Origin: Bdellovibrionales bacterium Ga0074137
GTDB taxonomy: Bacteria > Bdellovibrionota > Bdellovibrionia > Bdellovibrionales > JAMPXM01
Reading direction: 5' to 3'
Assembly (NCBI GenBank): GCA_001464715.1
Contig: LNDT01000018.1
Span: 19,625-83,624 of the forward strand
DNA length: 64,000 nt
Under the pieces are notes generated by a model that was not told the origin of the DNA, searched no databases, and saw only the letters and a program-made list of their open reading frames with translations. The translations under genes were made by a program, and so were the position numbers. This document shows positions 43,934 to 54,220 of this stretch, in pieces. Each line of letters begins with the position of its first letter. Positions within the stretch are counted from its first letter, which is position 1.

Positions 43934-46900
43934 TATTTCAGTGGTGCGAAGATCACTCTGTCTTCGCACATGAAGACGATCTGGGACGCGGTTGTTTGCG
44001 TTGCTTCGACTGTGTCGCCCATGGTTTGGCAGCCTTTGGGGGCGGCCATCCGTAATCGTGCGGGTCTTGCGAACGAGATCAGACGGCCGCCTTCATAGCG
44101 GGGAGTGAGGATCTCGAAGGAATCGGATCCTGTTAGTCCGTCGATGACGTAGATCATCGGGAGTCGGTCTGCGTTTGCGTTTCGAACATCGCCCAGCACC
44201 GGGAAGAAAAGCTGTGCAAAGAAGAATTCTGGCATAAAGCTAAAACGCTTCAGTGACGTCGACACGCGGTCGCCCGTATTCAGATCCTCGTACTGCATTT
44301 CATAAATCGTCTGTGCAATGAGCGACTTCTCTTTTGTCCCCGTGAAGGTTCCGATGATCGCCCCGACGCCGTCTACTTTCGCCATCGGCTCGACAACTTT
44401 ATCGAAGACAACTCCCTTGTCGTATTTGAAGGCCGTCACTCGGTTGGCCGAGCGATAGCTTTTGCTGAAGAAGCCTGATCCCACGATGTCGCCGGCGTTA
44501 GATAGGCCAGGCGAGCTTGCGTCAAACAGAGGCGCCATTTTCGTAACTCGAACTTGGCGATAACCACCCAAATCCATCGGTCTCATGTCCGACAACTTCA
44601 TATCTTCAAGCCGGGAAAGCTCGTAGACGGCATCAGTGCCTTTGCCGGAAATCCACATCACTTGTCGCTCACCCGTGCGCATTTGTTCACGCGACGCTGT
44701 CAGAAATGCGATTGGCGTGCGCTCATCGTCGCGAACCAATCTCACACCCTTCGGCCCCCACACATAGATTCTAAAATCAGGAAGATCCGCAGGGGTCGGA
44801 TTCCACGGATCATACGGAGCTTTTTCGAGCTCTGGAGTCGTGCCTCGGTTGATCCACGCTGGAACTTTCCTTTGACCCAAAGAGATCCACTGGAAATTCT
44901 CATCCATGACCGAGAATTCATTCTTGAAAATGATTTCTGAGGCCGTGGTCCCATCGAATTCGAGCGGTTTTGGATTCAATGATGAATCAAAAAATCGGAA
45001 TAAAAAGTCCGGCGTCATTTTACCAGACGGGGGCTTTTGTTGCCATACAAGAACGTAGTCCGGCGATCCGTCACCATCGAGGTCGACACGGTGACGGGCT
45101 TGAAGAATACCGTCCGTCGCCGGAAGAATTGCGGTGTGACGGACACCAAATTGAGTTTTCTCCTCGGTCGCAAGAATCAACTGTAGTCCTACGTCGGTCG
45201 TCTTTATGCCGATGAAGTCTCTCTCGGTCCGACCATCGCGGCTGACGACGCTTCCGATGTCTGAATCACCGAAGGCGGAGATCAGTTTCGAGTCGCCGCG
45301 CAAAGGACGGGTGAGAAGCTCGGGGTCCGACGCCGTCGGTGTCGATCTTGTTTCAATCGCCACGAGTCGCTTTTCCGTTTTCCGCGCACCCGTTGCCGCA
45401 TCGGTCGATGTGATAATGAGTTCTGCTTGAATCTCACTTTCAAATCGATCGGACAGAACTTCGAGATATACAGCGAATTCGCGTTTTTCAAGAGACTTCC
45501 ACTGAGTGGCTGTCAGTGTGCTCGGGTAAGCTCGCACGTCTCGACCGTCAACGCCGTCGAATTGAATTTTTATTGAGACTTCAGAAGCTTCGCGCCAAAG
45601 GTTTTCGAATTTGATTTTCAGCGGAATTCGATTTGACTGCCGATCCCACGAAGCCGCGATAGCACGTTTCTCGCTTGGAAAGATGAGCGGTTGTGGTTTA
45701 ACGGCAAACGCTTTTCCAAGATCAGCATTTCCTGATTGAACCTTTGCCTGGCGATTTGGAGGCGCCCTTGGGTTCGGCGCGGCGGGGCGTGCGCCAAGAA
45801 GAAGTCGTGCGCGAGCTTCCGTCGGTGAATAGCCAGCGTTCAGCAATCTTGCCAAGAGCCCAGCGACCAGCGGACTCGATGCGCTCGTTCCGTTTTTCAA
45901 CTCGTAACCGACTCGCTCGTTAAAAACCCTTGATCGTAAGTTAAGAGGAAATGCACTTAACAGACTCAATCCCGGCGCTGCAATGTCAACGCCCGGACCG
46001 TGGTTTGAGAAGTGAGATATCGCGCCATCGGGATCATGCGATCCGACGCAGATGACACCTTGAAAAATGCAAGGACGGATCAGCAGATCGGTCCCGTCAT
46101 TGCCGGAAGCTGCAACGACAAGTATTCCTCGTGACGTGGCAAGATCGATCATCTGCTGCATCAAATTTGAATCGATAGCTGCAGGCCAGCCAAGGGACAT
46201 ATTTATGACATTGGCACCCGAGCGAATCGCGTAAAGCATTCCACGAGCGGCAAGATCTGCAAGACCTCTTTCAGCGTTCGGATCTTTCTCGATGGGTGTG
46301 GGTAAATTTGTAAGATCGATATCTCGCGGGCCACCAAGACTTGGGCTGTTTTGAGGCCGAATCGGTTCGGTGGTTCCTCCGCGCATGACCTTCACGGGAA
46401 TAATACGAGTGTTCTGTAGGATGCCCTGAATGCCGTCGCCGTCGTCGGAACGTGCTGCGATCAGTGCTGCGACATGAGTTCCGTGACCTGTGATGTCTGA
46501 GACATCGCCGTCGCCCCAAACTTGGCTGGTCGCGGATGTTTTTGCCGTTAGATTCCAGCCGACACAATCCAGCGGATAACCATTACCGTCGAAGTCTTTT
46601 CCAGCATAAGTACTGTTGCATTTTTCTTTGGCTACGGAAACTTCGCCAGCCTTCAGTTTCTCAGCCTCTTTTGTGCACTTCGAAAATTGCACGACGGCTC
46701 GGCACTCAGCACTGCTTTCGTTCAATCTGTCGCGGAGCTCCGGGTGAGTGATATCAAGGCCGCTATCCATAATTGCGATTTTTATTCGACGGTCTGGATT
46801 CGCGGATTCCGCCGGAGCTTGATCCAAACCCAGATCCTCACCAGGTTTTCCTTTTACAAAAAGACTGGTCAAGTCATCCAGTGCAACGGCCACTTCTTGT

Positions 46901-47331
46901 CCGACATTCTTAAGCGCCCACTGAAGGGTCTGAAAGCTTGAACCAATAACTGGCTTCGGCGCTGTTGTTTGTAGAGCCGTCGGCAATTCGAAGCTAAATT
47001 CAAGCTCAGCAGCTTCAAGCTGAACGCGGTAGCCGCGCTTTCGCACAGTTCTTTGCAATTCAGGAAAGTGTCTCGCCGACGGAAGTCGAAACTTTTTTGA
47101 GGCCGCGAGAAGTTGGCGGCCCGCACTTGAAAGCATTCTGGATTCATCGGGCGAAAATACCGGACTTACTTTTGAGACGTGCGGAAGTCGAGTCACAGCG
47201 GCGATTTCGGCCTCTGTCCCCCCGGGCCGAGCGCTGACAATAACGTCGAAAGCGTTGGCCCGCGAAGTTAGGGACAAGGTCACAGCAAAGAGCAAAAAAT
47301 ATCTAATCAGCGAGGTCGGCGAATGATTCAT
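43930..47331 (-). CDS. secreted subtilisin-like serine protease (peptidase S8) with a long C-terminal extension
   Basis: Signal peptide. Catalytic triad contexts IAIMDSGLD, GHGTHVAALIAA and NGTSASSPLVAG. The C-terminal 600 aa or so include an FG-GAP/VCBS-like DLDGDGSPDYVLV. Confidence 0.9.
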   Translation of the reverse strand: MNHSPTSLIRYFLLFAVTLSLTSRANAFDVIVSARPGGTEAEIAAVTRLPHVSKVSPVFSPDESRMLSSAGRQLLAASKKFRLPSARHFPELQRTVRKRGYRVQLEAAELEFSFELPTALQTTAPKPVIGSSFQTLQWALKNVGQEVAVALDDLTSLFVKGKPGEDLGLDQAPAESANPDRRIKIAIMDSGLDITHPELRDRLNESSAECRAVVQFSKCTKEAEKLKAGEVSVAKEKCNSTYAGKDFDGNGYPLDCVGWNLTAKTSATSQVWGDGDVSDITGHGTHVAALIAARSDDGDGIQGILQNTRIIPVKVMRGGTTEPIRPQNSPSLGGPRDIDLTNLPTPIEKDPNAERGLADLAARGMLYAIRSGANVINMSLGWPAAIDSNLMQQMIDLATSRGILVVAASGNDGTDLLIRPCIFQGVICVGSHDPDGAISHFSNHGPGVDIAAPGLSLLSAFPLNLRSRVFNERVGYELKNGTSASSPLVAGLLARLLNAGYSPTEARARLLLGARPAAPNPRAPPNRQAKVQSGNADLGKAFAVKPQPLIFPSEKRAIAASWDRQSNRIPLKIKFENLWREASEVSIKIQFDGVDGRDVRAYPSTLTATQWKSLEKREFAVYLEVLSDRFESEIQAELIITSTDAATGARKTEKRLVAIETRSTPTASDPELLTRPLRGDSKLISAFGDSDIGSVVSRDGRTERDFIGIKTTDVGLQLILATEEKTQFGVRHTAILPATDGILQARHRVDLDGDGSPDYVLVWQQKPPSGKMTPDFLFRFFDSSLNPKPLEFDGTTASEIIFKNEFSVMDENFQWISLGQRKVPAWINRGTTPELEKAPYDPWNPTPADLPDFRIYVWGPKGVRLVRDDERTPIAFLTASREQMRTGERQVMWISGKGTDAVYELSRLEDMKLSDMRPMDLGGYRQVRVTKMAPLFDASSPGLSNAGDIVGSGFFSKSYRSANRVTAFKYDKGVVFDKVVEPMAKVDGVGAIIGTFTGTKEKSLIAQTIYEMQYEDLNTGDRVSTSLKRFSFMPEFFFAQLFFPVLGDVRNANADRLPMIYVIDGLTGSDSFEILTPRYEGGRLISFARPARLRMAAPKGCQTMGDTVEATQTTASQIVFMCEDRVIFAPLKY

Positions 47332-47332
47332 G

Positions 47333-50300
47333 TTAGTAGCCCTCGCTCAAGTAGCTGGCATTCATTTCCGACGACGTGATTTTGTAATCCGACACAAAGT
47401 CTTTGAAAACTCCGGCTTTGTCTTTTGTGTTGTAGGTGCCGATCGTCGACGAACGATATTCGGCTGTATCCCCATTTTCATCGCGAGTGCGAAAGCCTGA
47501 TATTTTAATTTGGTAGAACAGATTGTCTTTCCCGATCCACGTAACAAGCTTTGCCAAATCAACGTTTCGCTCGAGGTGAGTGATCAATCTTGTGGCCCAC
47601 TTGACGCGCTCTTCTGGATTTGTGGGATACGACCTTCGCAAATCCAAAATGGTCCACATCCACGGAAGTAAGCAGTCATAGGTCACCGCATGGTAGGAGT
47701 CTTTTCGATCTGAACCGCGGTTCCCGTTTTGATTTTTACGGACGTAACATTCGTCGTCGAAACGTTTTTTTCCGTAAAGAGGAATCAGAACTTTTTCGAC
47801 GATCTCGGCATCGCGGCCCGAATACGCATCCCAGCCGACCATGCGTTCGAAAGCATTTCCTTTCGAACCACCTTTAACCAGGAGTTTAGATCGAAGCTTG
47901 TCCATTCCCTCTTGGTAAATGATTAGAGTCGAACGAATTTCGTAGAGCTGAAGTCGACGCATATCATTGAAAGTTTCTCGGTCGATCAGTGGAAGTCCCA
48001 GCTTGAGCCCTTTTACCTTTCGGTCGAGCTCATCAAAAGTTTTGAAGAGATCAGCCTTCGAAAGGTCCCAACCTGCCCAATAATTTTCAACCGTGGTCAC
48101 CGGCGGACTCTGCCGACTTTTCGTCACTTCGGCTTCAGTGCTCACTACGCTCCAACGAGAGTTTCCAAAGAAACTATCTTTGGGATTTGAGCCGCCGCCG
48201 CCCGCAAGAAGACCCGGCTTCCAAAAATCGGAATTCTGCACGAGCCCATCAAGAACGTCCGAAAGGAATGAGTAGTAGTTTTTCCCGCTTCTCTGAAGAA
48301 TTCGGTGACTGAACAAGGTTCGTTCGAATTTTTTCGGATCAAAATCTTGTGCTGGATCTTTGGGTGGTTGAACCTTTACCCGATGCCACTCTTCGATATT
48401 GGTCCATTGCCAGAAAAGAAATTTGCCTTCGCTGATCTCTGACTTGGTACGGTGATTCAGCTGATAGGGATGAAAGTTCTTTTCCAGAATCTCCGAGTTG
48501 TTCGAAGAAAGTATGCCGACCATCGCAAGCACAGTGTTTCGAAGCTTAACTTCGTCGGTTGGCTTTTCATCGAGGTGAAAGGCGCGCGTGCGGGCCTGGC
48601 CCCACTTGTGTTGGTAAGAGAGGCGCATAATATTCATCCAAAAATTCACGTCCAAAGCGACGCCGGCCATCTGCGACTGGATGTTTTGAAGGTATATTTT
48701 GATCAATCCATTTTCGCGAGTGAACGTCGTTCGCCGCAAAACAATTTGATTCGCCGAAGCACCGATGGAAATCGTGGCCGCGTAAGAAACTGGATCAATC
48801 CCGAGAAGGGTTGTCAGCGGAATGGTGAGCGTCGCATTTTGACCAAGAGCCAAAGTATCTGTGATCGTGAATGTTTCGTTCTCTTTGAGTTCATCTAAGA
48901 ATTTCGTGAGTCCGTCGTTTAAGACTTTGAGGCGATTTTCTGGTTTTGGATCAGCCGATGTTTCAAGGATGCCACCGAGGTTTTTCATGAACTTCGGAAC
49001 AAAGAGTTCGCTCCAGCTTTTTTTAGAAGCGGCTTCAAGACTTGGAACTGGTCTTGCGTGTACATAACTACGAATGACCGAGAGATTAGCTCCGAAGCCC
49101 GGAATGACTTTGGGATATCCGTCGACACCCAAGAAGTATCCGACTCGTGCGCCGGCCGAAACTTGATCCACAAGGCTCACACGGAAGTCGCTCGACTCGT
49201 TTCCATAGTAGGACCCTGTGACCAAAGATCGCGACGCGTTTAAGATCACGCCGCCGACAGGTCCGCCCCAAGTAGAAATGGGCTGCACATACGGTTTTGT
49301 TGGTCGAGTTTTGATGTAGTTAAAGAAATCAGTGCGAAGCGCTTCGCTTCTTTTCTGTAAGAGATTGTCCATCGGGAAAAATTCTAATTTTTCAGCCACC
49401 ATGGATGTCATTTGGCGAATGAGACCCGACGTCGCTTCGATCTTTACAAATCGAACGATGTCGTCGGTCTGAAGCGGCGATTCGGGATCGCCGTGGGTGA
49501 AGCGAAGGGCGTAGCCTTCATATCGCTCCTGTGTGACTTTTCCTTCGCGGACGGAACCGATAGTTAGCCCCAAGTTATACGGGAAGTCCGCCTCGGAACC
49601 TCCCGACTTTACTCCGGTAATGGCAACGAGCTTATTTCTACGGGCCAGGGTTTTTTGAAGAATGATCGCTTCGATATCGGGTGGATATTTTCCTTCCGCT
49701 ACGACTTCGCGAAAATCCTCGCGAGAAAGTTTGCCGATGCGTTCTGAAATCCAGCGAACGTCATCAAGAGTCGTTTCTTCAAAAGCCGTCGCGTACTTAT
49801 GAGTGAAGACCAGATTTTCGCTGAGAACCTGAGCCGGTTCCCACGAGAACATGTTCACACTCTCGGGGACATCCAACAGGGTTGTTGGAACCAGCAGTGC
49901 GCGTGTGGCGCGACGACCTTTGATTAAAACGTCGCTGACGACGCCGTAGTTAAAAGTTGTCGGGAAAATTATTGTCGCCGGCTCCAACATGACATCTTGA
50001 AGCTGGATTTCGTTGAGTTCGGCGTTGTCTTTTAGAACCCACCGAGTGTTGTCCGCCAATGTTCGAAGCGAGAGCTGCGTGACAAAATTCTTTCGATCCT
50101 CGGAATTTGAAAATCGGATCCGTGAATTTTTGTACCACTTCGGAGATTGAGCCGAATAGCCGAGCTTTCTCAAGAGGGCTGCGCGCATCAGGGCTTGGTG
50201 GGTATTGAGGCTTAAGACCAATCGGTAGACACGAGTTTGTCCGTCGGACCCCACGCTTTGCACTTGAACGCGGTACCAACCTTCCGGGTTAAGAGGCATG

Positions 50301-50662
50301 ATCGAAACGAAATCCAGCGGAGTGCCGTCGGTTGGAAATGCCGACGTCTCGGCGTCGCTCGCAGAAAGTTTTGTGTCGGACCAAATATCGTTCGGAGTCG
50401 GATTGAGGAGACTGAGATCTGTTCCGTCTTTTCGAAGATCGGCGGCACGATCTGCATCGAGTGGTTGGCCGTTGAGCGAGAGATCGACTGCAGGATCTTG
50501 TTTGTTGCCGAGTTCAACGGCGGTGGTCGGAATCGCTTTACTTTGTGCGACGGCGATTTGCGGTGCGACGGTTAGAAAAACCAAAGTGGCGAGAAGTGCT
50601 AAAGTGGGTGACGAAGTCGCGCGGTTTTCTGAGAACTTTGGTGCCTGAAAAATCCCGTTCAC
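47333..50662 (-). CDS. giant secreted or outer-membrane hypothetical protein (1109 aa)
   Basis: GTG start preceded by GGAGGG. Signal LALLATLVFLTVAPQIAVAQ. No recognised domain. Its stop lies 1 nt before the S8 protease ATG. Confidence 0.7.
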   Translation of the reverse strand: MNGIFQAPKFSENRATSSPTLALLATLVFLTVAPQIAVAQSKAIPTTAVELGNKQDPAVDLSLNGQPLDADRAADLRKDGTDLSLLNPTPNDIWSDTKLSASDAETSAFPTDGTPLDFVSIMPLNPEGWYRVQVQSVGSDGQTRVYRLVLSLNTHQALMRAALLRKLGYSAQSPKWYKNSRIRFSNSEDRKNFVTQLSLRTLADNTRWVLKDNAELNEIQLQDVMLEPATIIFPTTFNYGVVSDVLIKGRRATRALLVPTTLLDVPESVNMFSWEPAQVLSENLVFTHKYATAFEETTLDDVRWISERIGKLSREDFREVVAEGKYPPDIEAIILQKTLARRNKLVAITGVKSGGSEADFPYNLGLTIGSVREGKVTQERYEGYALRFTHGDPESPLQTDDIVRFVKIEATSGLIRQMTSMVAEKLEFFPMDNLLQKRSEALRTDFFNYIKTRPTKPYVQPISTWGGPVGGVILNASRSLVTGSYYGNESSDFRVSLVDQVSAGARVGYFLGVDGYPKVIPGFGANLSVIRSYVHARPVPSLEAASKKSWSELFVPKFMKNLGGILETSADPKPENRLKVLNDGLTKFLDELKENETFTITDTLALGQNATLTIPLTTLLGIDPVSYAATISIGASANQIVLRRTTFTRENGLIKIYLQNIQSQMAGVALDVNFWMNIMRLSYQHKWGQARTRAFHLDEKPTDEVKLRNTVLAMVGILSSNNSEILEKNFHPYQLNHRTKSEISEGKFLFWQWTNIEEWHRVKVQPPKDPAQDFDPKKFERTLFSHRILQRSGKNYYSFLSDVLDGLVQNSDFWKPGLLAGGGGSNPKDSFFGNSRWSVVSTEAEVTKSRQSPPVTTVENYWAGWDLSKADLFKTFDELDRKVKGLKLGLPLIDRETFNDMRRLQLYEIRSTLIIYQEGMDKLRSKLLVKGGSKGNAFERMVGWDAYSGRDAEIVEKVLIPLYGKKRFDDECYVRKNQNGNRGSDRKDSYHAVTYDCLLPWMWTILDLRRSYPTNPEERVKWATRLITHLERNVDLAKLVTWIGKDNLFYQIKISGFRTRDENGDTAEYRSSTIGTYNTKDKAGVFKDFVSDYKITSSEMNASYLSEGY

Positions 50663-50808
50663 TCACCCTCCGATAACGGCGCAGAAATGCGCTGTCTAAG
50701 GAGGCGAATTTAGTCCTAATTAACGCAAATAGCCATTTTCTATAACGTATTGAAACAAGTGGAAAAATTTTGGAAGAGCTTTCACTTTTTAAAGGCCGTT
50801 TTGGAAAC

Positions 50809-50837
50809 AAAAAAGCCCCGCAAGTTGCGGGGCTTTT
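50809..50837 (-). terminator. Rho-independent terminator (bidirectional shape)
   Basis: AAAAAA-GCCCCGC-AAGTT-GCGGGGC-TTTT. On the minus strand the stem is followed by TTTTTTGTTT. It lies about 70 nt downstream of the 50905-51657 gene. Confidence 0.8.
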
Positions 50838-50904
50838 ACACTCATTCGAGATGAGATTCTAAGTGGCCCAAGCGTCGATGAGAATCGTCGCTGAAAGCCG
50901 TCTC

Positions 50905-51657
50905 TTAGAGAAGCTGACCAGCTTCTTTTCCGTACCAAGTCTTGATGATCGTTTTCACGTTCTCAGGAGTTGTCGACCATGTTGTCGCGAGCTCTTGAAC
51001 CATACCGTTGACGGGAGCTTTATTACCCTTCATAGATTCGCCCAAAGCAGCCTTGATTTCATTCAAGTCTTGTCCGTACAGACGCTGACTGAAATCAGCA
51101 AAATCGGCCTCTGTGCGTGCGCGAGACTTTCCGATTTGGTTGTAATCATGAGTCACAGTCGCGATCGACATAGCGACTTGTGGTTCAAGGTCGTACTTAT
51201 TAGCTAGGTGATCAGCCGCAGTTCGAACAATGTTCTGCTCAAGCTGAGCCACATCGCCTGCGAGATCTCGGCCTGTGCCGCTGTCGTCGTTCAAAGCATC
51301 GCCGTAGTAGTCATATAGGATTCCGTTGGGCGAAAGCCATGCGAAGCCTTCGTAGCTCGCAGAGAATCCGTAAGAATCGACGTAATTATACTTTGCGTAC
51401 TCAAGAGCGTAGAACGAGTTGAAGTAGGGATCTTCGATGTCACCGATCTTGAAGCCGTTTGCGTAGAAGTTGCAACCAGGCGATGGGCCACCAGTTCCGC
51501 AACGGAAACCGTAAACGTCGTACCAAGCCTGATAGCCCGGATCGAAAATGATGCCGCCGCCGCCACTGCCGCTTCCGCCGCCGCCACCGCCACACGCTGA
51601 CACTAGAACTGCTGCTGCAAGTGCCGCTACGACACTACCTATCGACTTTTTAAACAT
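50905..51657 (-). CDS. lipoprotein with a poly-Gly linker, unknown function
   Basis: Lipobox LVSACGGGGGGSGSGGGG. Tyr/Gly/Asp-rich N-terminal half. Confidence 0.65.
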   Translation of the reverse strand: MFKKSIGSVVAALAAAVLVSACGGGGGGSGSGGGGIIFDPGYQAWYDVYGFRCGTGGPSPGCNFYANGFKIGDIEDPYFNSFYALEYAKYNYVDSYGFSASYEGFAWLSPNGILYDYYGDALNDDSGTGRDLAGDVAQLEQNIVRTAADHLANKYDLEPQVAMSIATVTHDYNQIGKSRARTEADFADFSQRLYGQDLNEIKAALGESMKGNKAPVNGMVQELATTWSTTPENVKTIIKTWYGKEAGQLL

Positions 51658-51886
51658 GAAGCCCCCTTAATTGGTTTCACTCTGGTTTTGATGAACTCTC
51701 CGCACCCGTTTGAGCAACGACTGTACCAGCTAGAACGGAGACATTCCGCCCCTGGCCCATCGAAAAACGGATCAAGAGATCCTCAGTCCGAGGTGTCTCA
51801 GGTGTGACGTGGGATATCAATTTGAAGGGAGCGTGCAGAAAAACCAACACATCGACCTATGAAGGATCTGTCAGGCAGGTGTAATT

Positions 51887-52705
51887 TTACTTAATTTTTT
51901 GCTTGGAGCGAAGCGAGAAGCAACTGAAGTAGGGTTGAGCCATTGAAACGCGGTCCGGAAACATCGCGTTTAAGCAGTCTTTCCATTCCTTTGCTTCGTT
52001 GAGTGCACCAATCTCGTCGCCCTCTGCCAGCTTCTGTTGAGCTCCATAAAAGGAAGCCCAGCAGCTGCGATCCATTGAAACGAGAGGCACTGTATCTGGC
52101 ATCGATCCGGCTGCGAAAGTGCCGATGCGCTCGCGGAACTGGACGCGCCTTTCAGCATCAATAGCCGGTGGGGTTTTTTCGGACGACGTCCCAGAAACAC
52201 TTCCGGAAATGCCCCCACCCGCATTTTGAGTTGTTGCAGCATTTGTCGTGGGCGTTTCTGCGGTCGCGGACGGCGAAGTTGGAGCCACTGTTGGCGAGGT
52301 GTTCGTCGAGTTGCTTGATGGAGTGGTCGATGGATTCGTAAGAGCCGTCGGCAGTTCGATTTCACTCGCAAGTTCGTTTTCAGTGTCGAGCGTAATTTTC
52401 GCAAGCACCGCCAGACGATCTAAACGGTTCATTGGCGTCGGACTGTCGCAGCCTTCAAAGCCGCCAGGCGTGCTGCCAGAGGTACTGGCCGGTTTCTTCG
52501 ATCCTGCCCCAGAGGGTGATGCCGACGGCGAAGGAGAGGGGGCTGGCGAAGGCGACGGCGTTGCCGATACAGATGGTACCGGTGATGGAGATACGGTTTT
52601 CGAGGCGGCGAACCCAGCGCAGGAAACGAGAAGTGTGAGGCTTGCGCCAAGAGCACTGATTCGGTGGAAGGACGACTTCATTTCTGTGGCGTTTCGTGAC
52701 TTCAT
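51887..52705 (-). CDS. lipoprotein, Ser/Pro/Thr-rich, unknown function
   Basis: Lipobox LLVSCAG. PSPSP/TPS low-complexity region. 4-nt overlap with the upstream SLT gene. Confidence 0.6.
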   Translation of the reverse strand: MKSRNATEMKSSFHRISALGASLTLLVSCAGFAASKTVSPSPVPSVSATPSPSPAPSPSPSASPSGAGSKKPASTSGSTPGGFEGCDSPTPMNRLDRLAVLAKITLDTENELASEIELPTALTNPSTTPSSNSTNTSPTVAPTSPSATAETPTTNAATTQNAGGGISGSVSGTSSEKTPPAIDAERRVQFRERIGTFAAGSMPDTVPLVSMDRSCWASFYGAQQKLAEGDEIGALNEAKEWKDCLNAMFPDRVSMAQPYFSCFSLRSKQKIK

Positions 52706-54108
52706 TTTTTCACCGGCGCGGCCTTTGCCGCAGGTTTCGTTGTCGTTTTAGGAGCCGATTTTGCCGCCGGCTTCGCTGCGGGCTTTGCGGCGGGCTTTGC
52801 GGCGGGCTTTGCGGCGGGCTTTGCGGCGGCTTTCGCTGGGGTTCCAGAAGCTCCTGCTTTCGGAGCCGCCTTTTTCGCTGGCGCCGACCTCTTCAGTGTC
52901 GCCGATTTTACGCCGCTCCGATACTCCCTTGGTAAAGGATTCGCACCGCTTATCGTGGTGCGTTTCCCGTCGGGACTTCGGTCCTCACAATTGTAGTTCG
53001 GACTTCCGATCGGGCCGACCCAGGGGTTTTCATCTTTCTTACCGGGGGCACGAATGCAGTTTTGAATTGAGAGAACATGTGCGGCCGTTTCTTCATTGGA
53101 TTTTGCCAGGGCCTCGACCCACTTTTTGCGGTTGGGCGGTTCGATGGGGCCGAGAATTTTCTGTGCAGCTCCATAACCCATATTATAAGCGCCGGCCGCC
53201 GCAAGAGTCAGGTAGTAGTTCGGATCGTTGTCGTCGTTTTGATCAATGCGCAAACTTTGATCGAGTGTCTTTTTGAAATGATAGATAATCATTCGCATGT
53301 ACATGGCCGTTGCGCCGATGGCGATTTTCGGATCCTTGATCGTCGCGACATTCACTACACGCGGAACGCCGCCTCGATGTAATTTTGCTTCCTCGAGGTT
53401 TTCAAAGTAGGACTCCCATCCCATTCGATGCTCGCGGTCCTCAAGCTTCGTTCTGGCATAACGAAGACTTTTTCTTGCCTCGCCCGCTGTCCGCTTTTTT
53501 GCAGCCATTTGCTCTTCGATGGACATCTTTGAGATTTCTAAAAGATCAGCAGTGAGTTTCGGATTTCCCGGTTTTAAAATATTTGAGATGTGGGTCATTG
53601 TTCCTCGAAGATGTTGACCAAGTCCGATGGCGCCGGCCGACGACTTTGCGTTAATATCGAAACGGCTTTCTCGGAAAATGAGACACGCTAATAATGTCTC
53701 CGGAATATCGAACGAGGCGGCGGCTGTTTTAATTAGAGGGAGATACGATTTTTCAACAACGTTCCAACGCCCCGGTTCGACCAAGTAGCACTCAAGGTAC
53801 TGCCTGAGATCACCCTCGGATTTGAACTCGTCTTTTCCGCCGCTGAACGCAGCAGGGATAAACCTTTGCATTGTCTGCGTGGTTTTTGGAACAGTCGATT
53901 TTGTCACCGCTTCGGGCGGATCGTCAGCGCAAATTTTTTCTTTCACGCCGTTGAGTGCATCGATGATCCCGAAGAAGCGTTTACCTTCGTCGGCCCGCGC
54001 ATTTTCAGGGGTGAAGACTAAACCGCCAAACATGGTTACGGTCAGCACCCCAGAAAAGGCCACGGACCGGAGCATCGACAAATTTCGTCGTACGAACGTG
54101 CAAGACAT
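52702..54108 (-). CDS. lytic transglycosylase (SLT domain) with a C-terminal (AAKP)n tail
   Basis: LIFRESRFDINAKSSAGAIGLGQ contains the catalytic Glu and a GLGQ motif, followed by AGAYNMG. C-terminal AAKPAAKPAAKPAAKPAAKPAAKS. Confidence 0.8.
   Translation of the reverse strand: MSCTFVRRNLSMLRSVAFSGVLTVTMFGGLVFTPENARADEGKRFFGIIDALNGVKEKICADDPPEAVTKSTVPKTTQTMQRFIPAAFSGGKDEFKSEGDLRQYLECYLVEPGRWNVVEKSYLPLIKTAAASFDIPETLLACLIFRESRFDINAKSSAGAIGLGQHLRGTMTHISNILKPGNPKLTADLLEISKMSIEEQMAAKKRTAGEARKSLRYARTKLEDREHRMGWESYFENLEEAKLHRGGVPRVVNVATIKDPKIAIGATAMYMRMIIYHFKKTLDQSLRIDQNDDNDPNYYLTLAAAGAYNMGYGAAQKILGPIEPPNRKKWVEALAKSNEETAAHVLSIQNCIRAPGKKDENPWVGPIGSPNYNCEDRSPDGKRTTISGANPLPREYRSGVKSATLKRSAPAKKAAPKAGASGTPAKAAAKPAAKPAAKPAAKPAAKPAAKSAPKTTTKPAAKAAPVKK
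52781..52828. repeat. 4 perfect tandem copies of a 12-bp unit (GGCTTTGCGGCG) inside the SLT gene
   Basis: Read directly from the sequence. Degenerate copies flank the run. It encodes the AAKP repeats on the minus strand. Confidence 0.85.
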
Positions 54109-54220
54109 CGTTTAGGTATCGGTTGATCAACGTGCAACCTTGCGGAAGAACAAACGATCTTTACAAAATGAATCAAAGTTTTCGGAGGTAGGTCCAGGTC
54201 GGTGTCTCCAATTGGGACAC

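Noticed and set aside
51658-51886. 229-nt leader upstream of the 50905-51657 lipoprotein gene as a riboswitch (for example c-di-GMP class I)
   Set aside because: I could not find the conserved GEMM or other riboswitch core sequences. Only short generic hairpins are present. A covariance-model scan would be needed to be sure.
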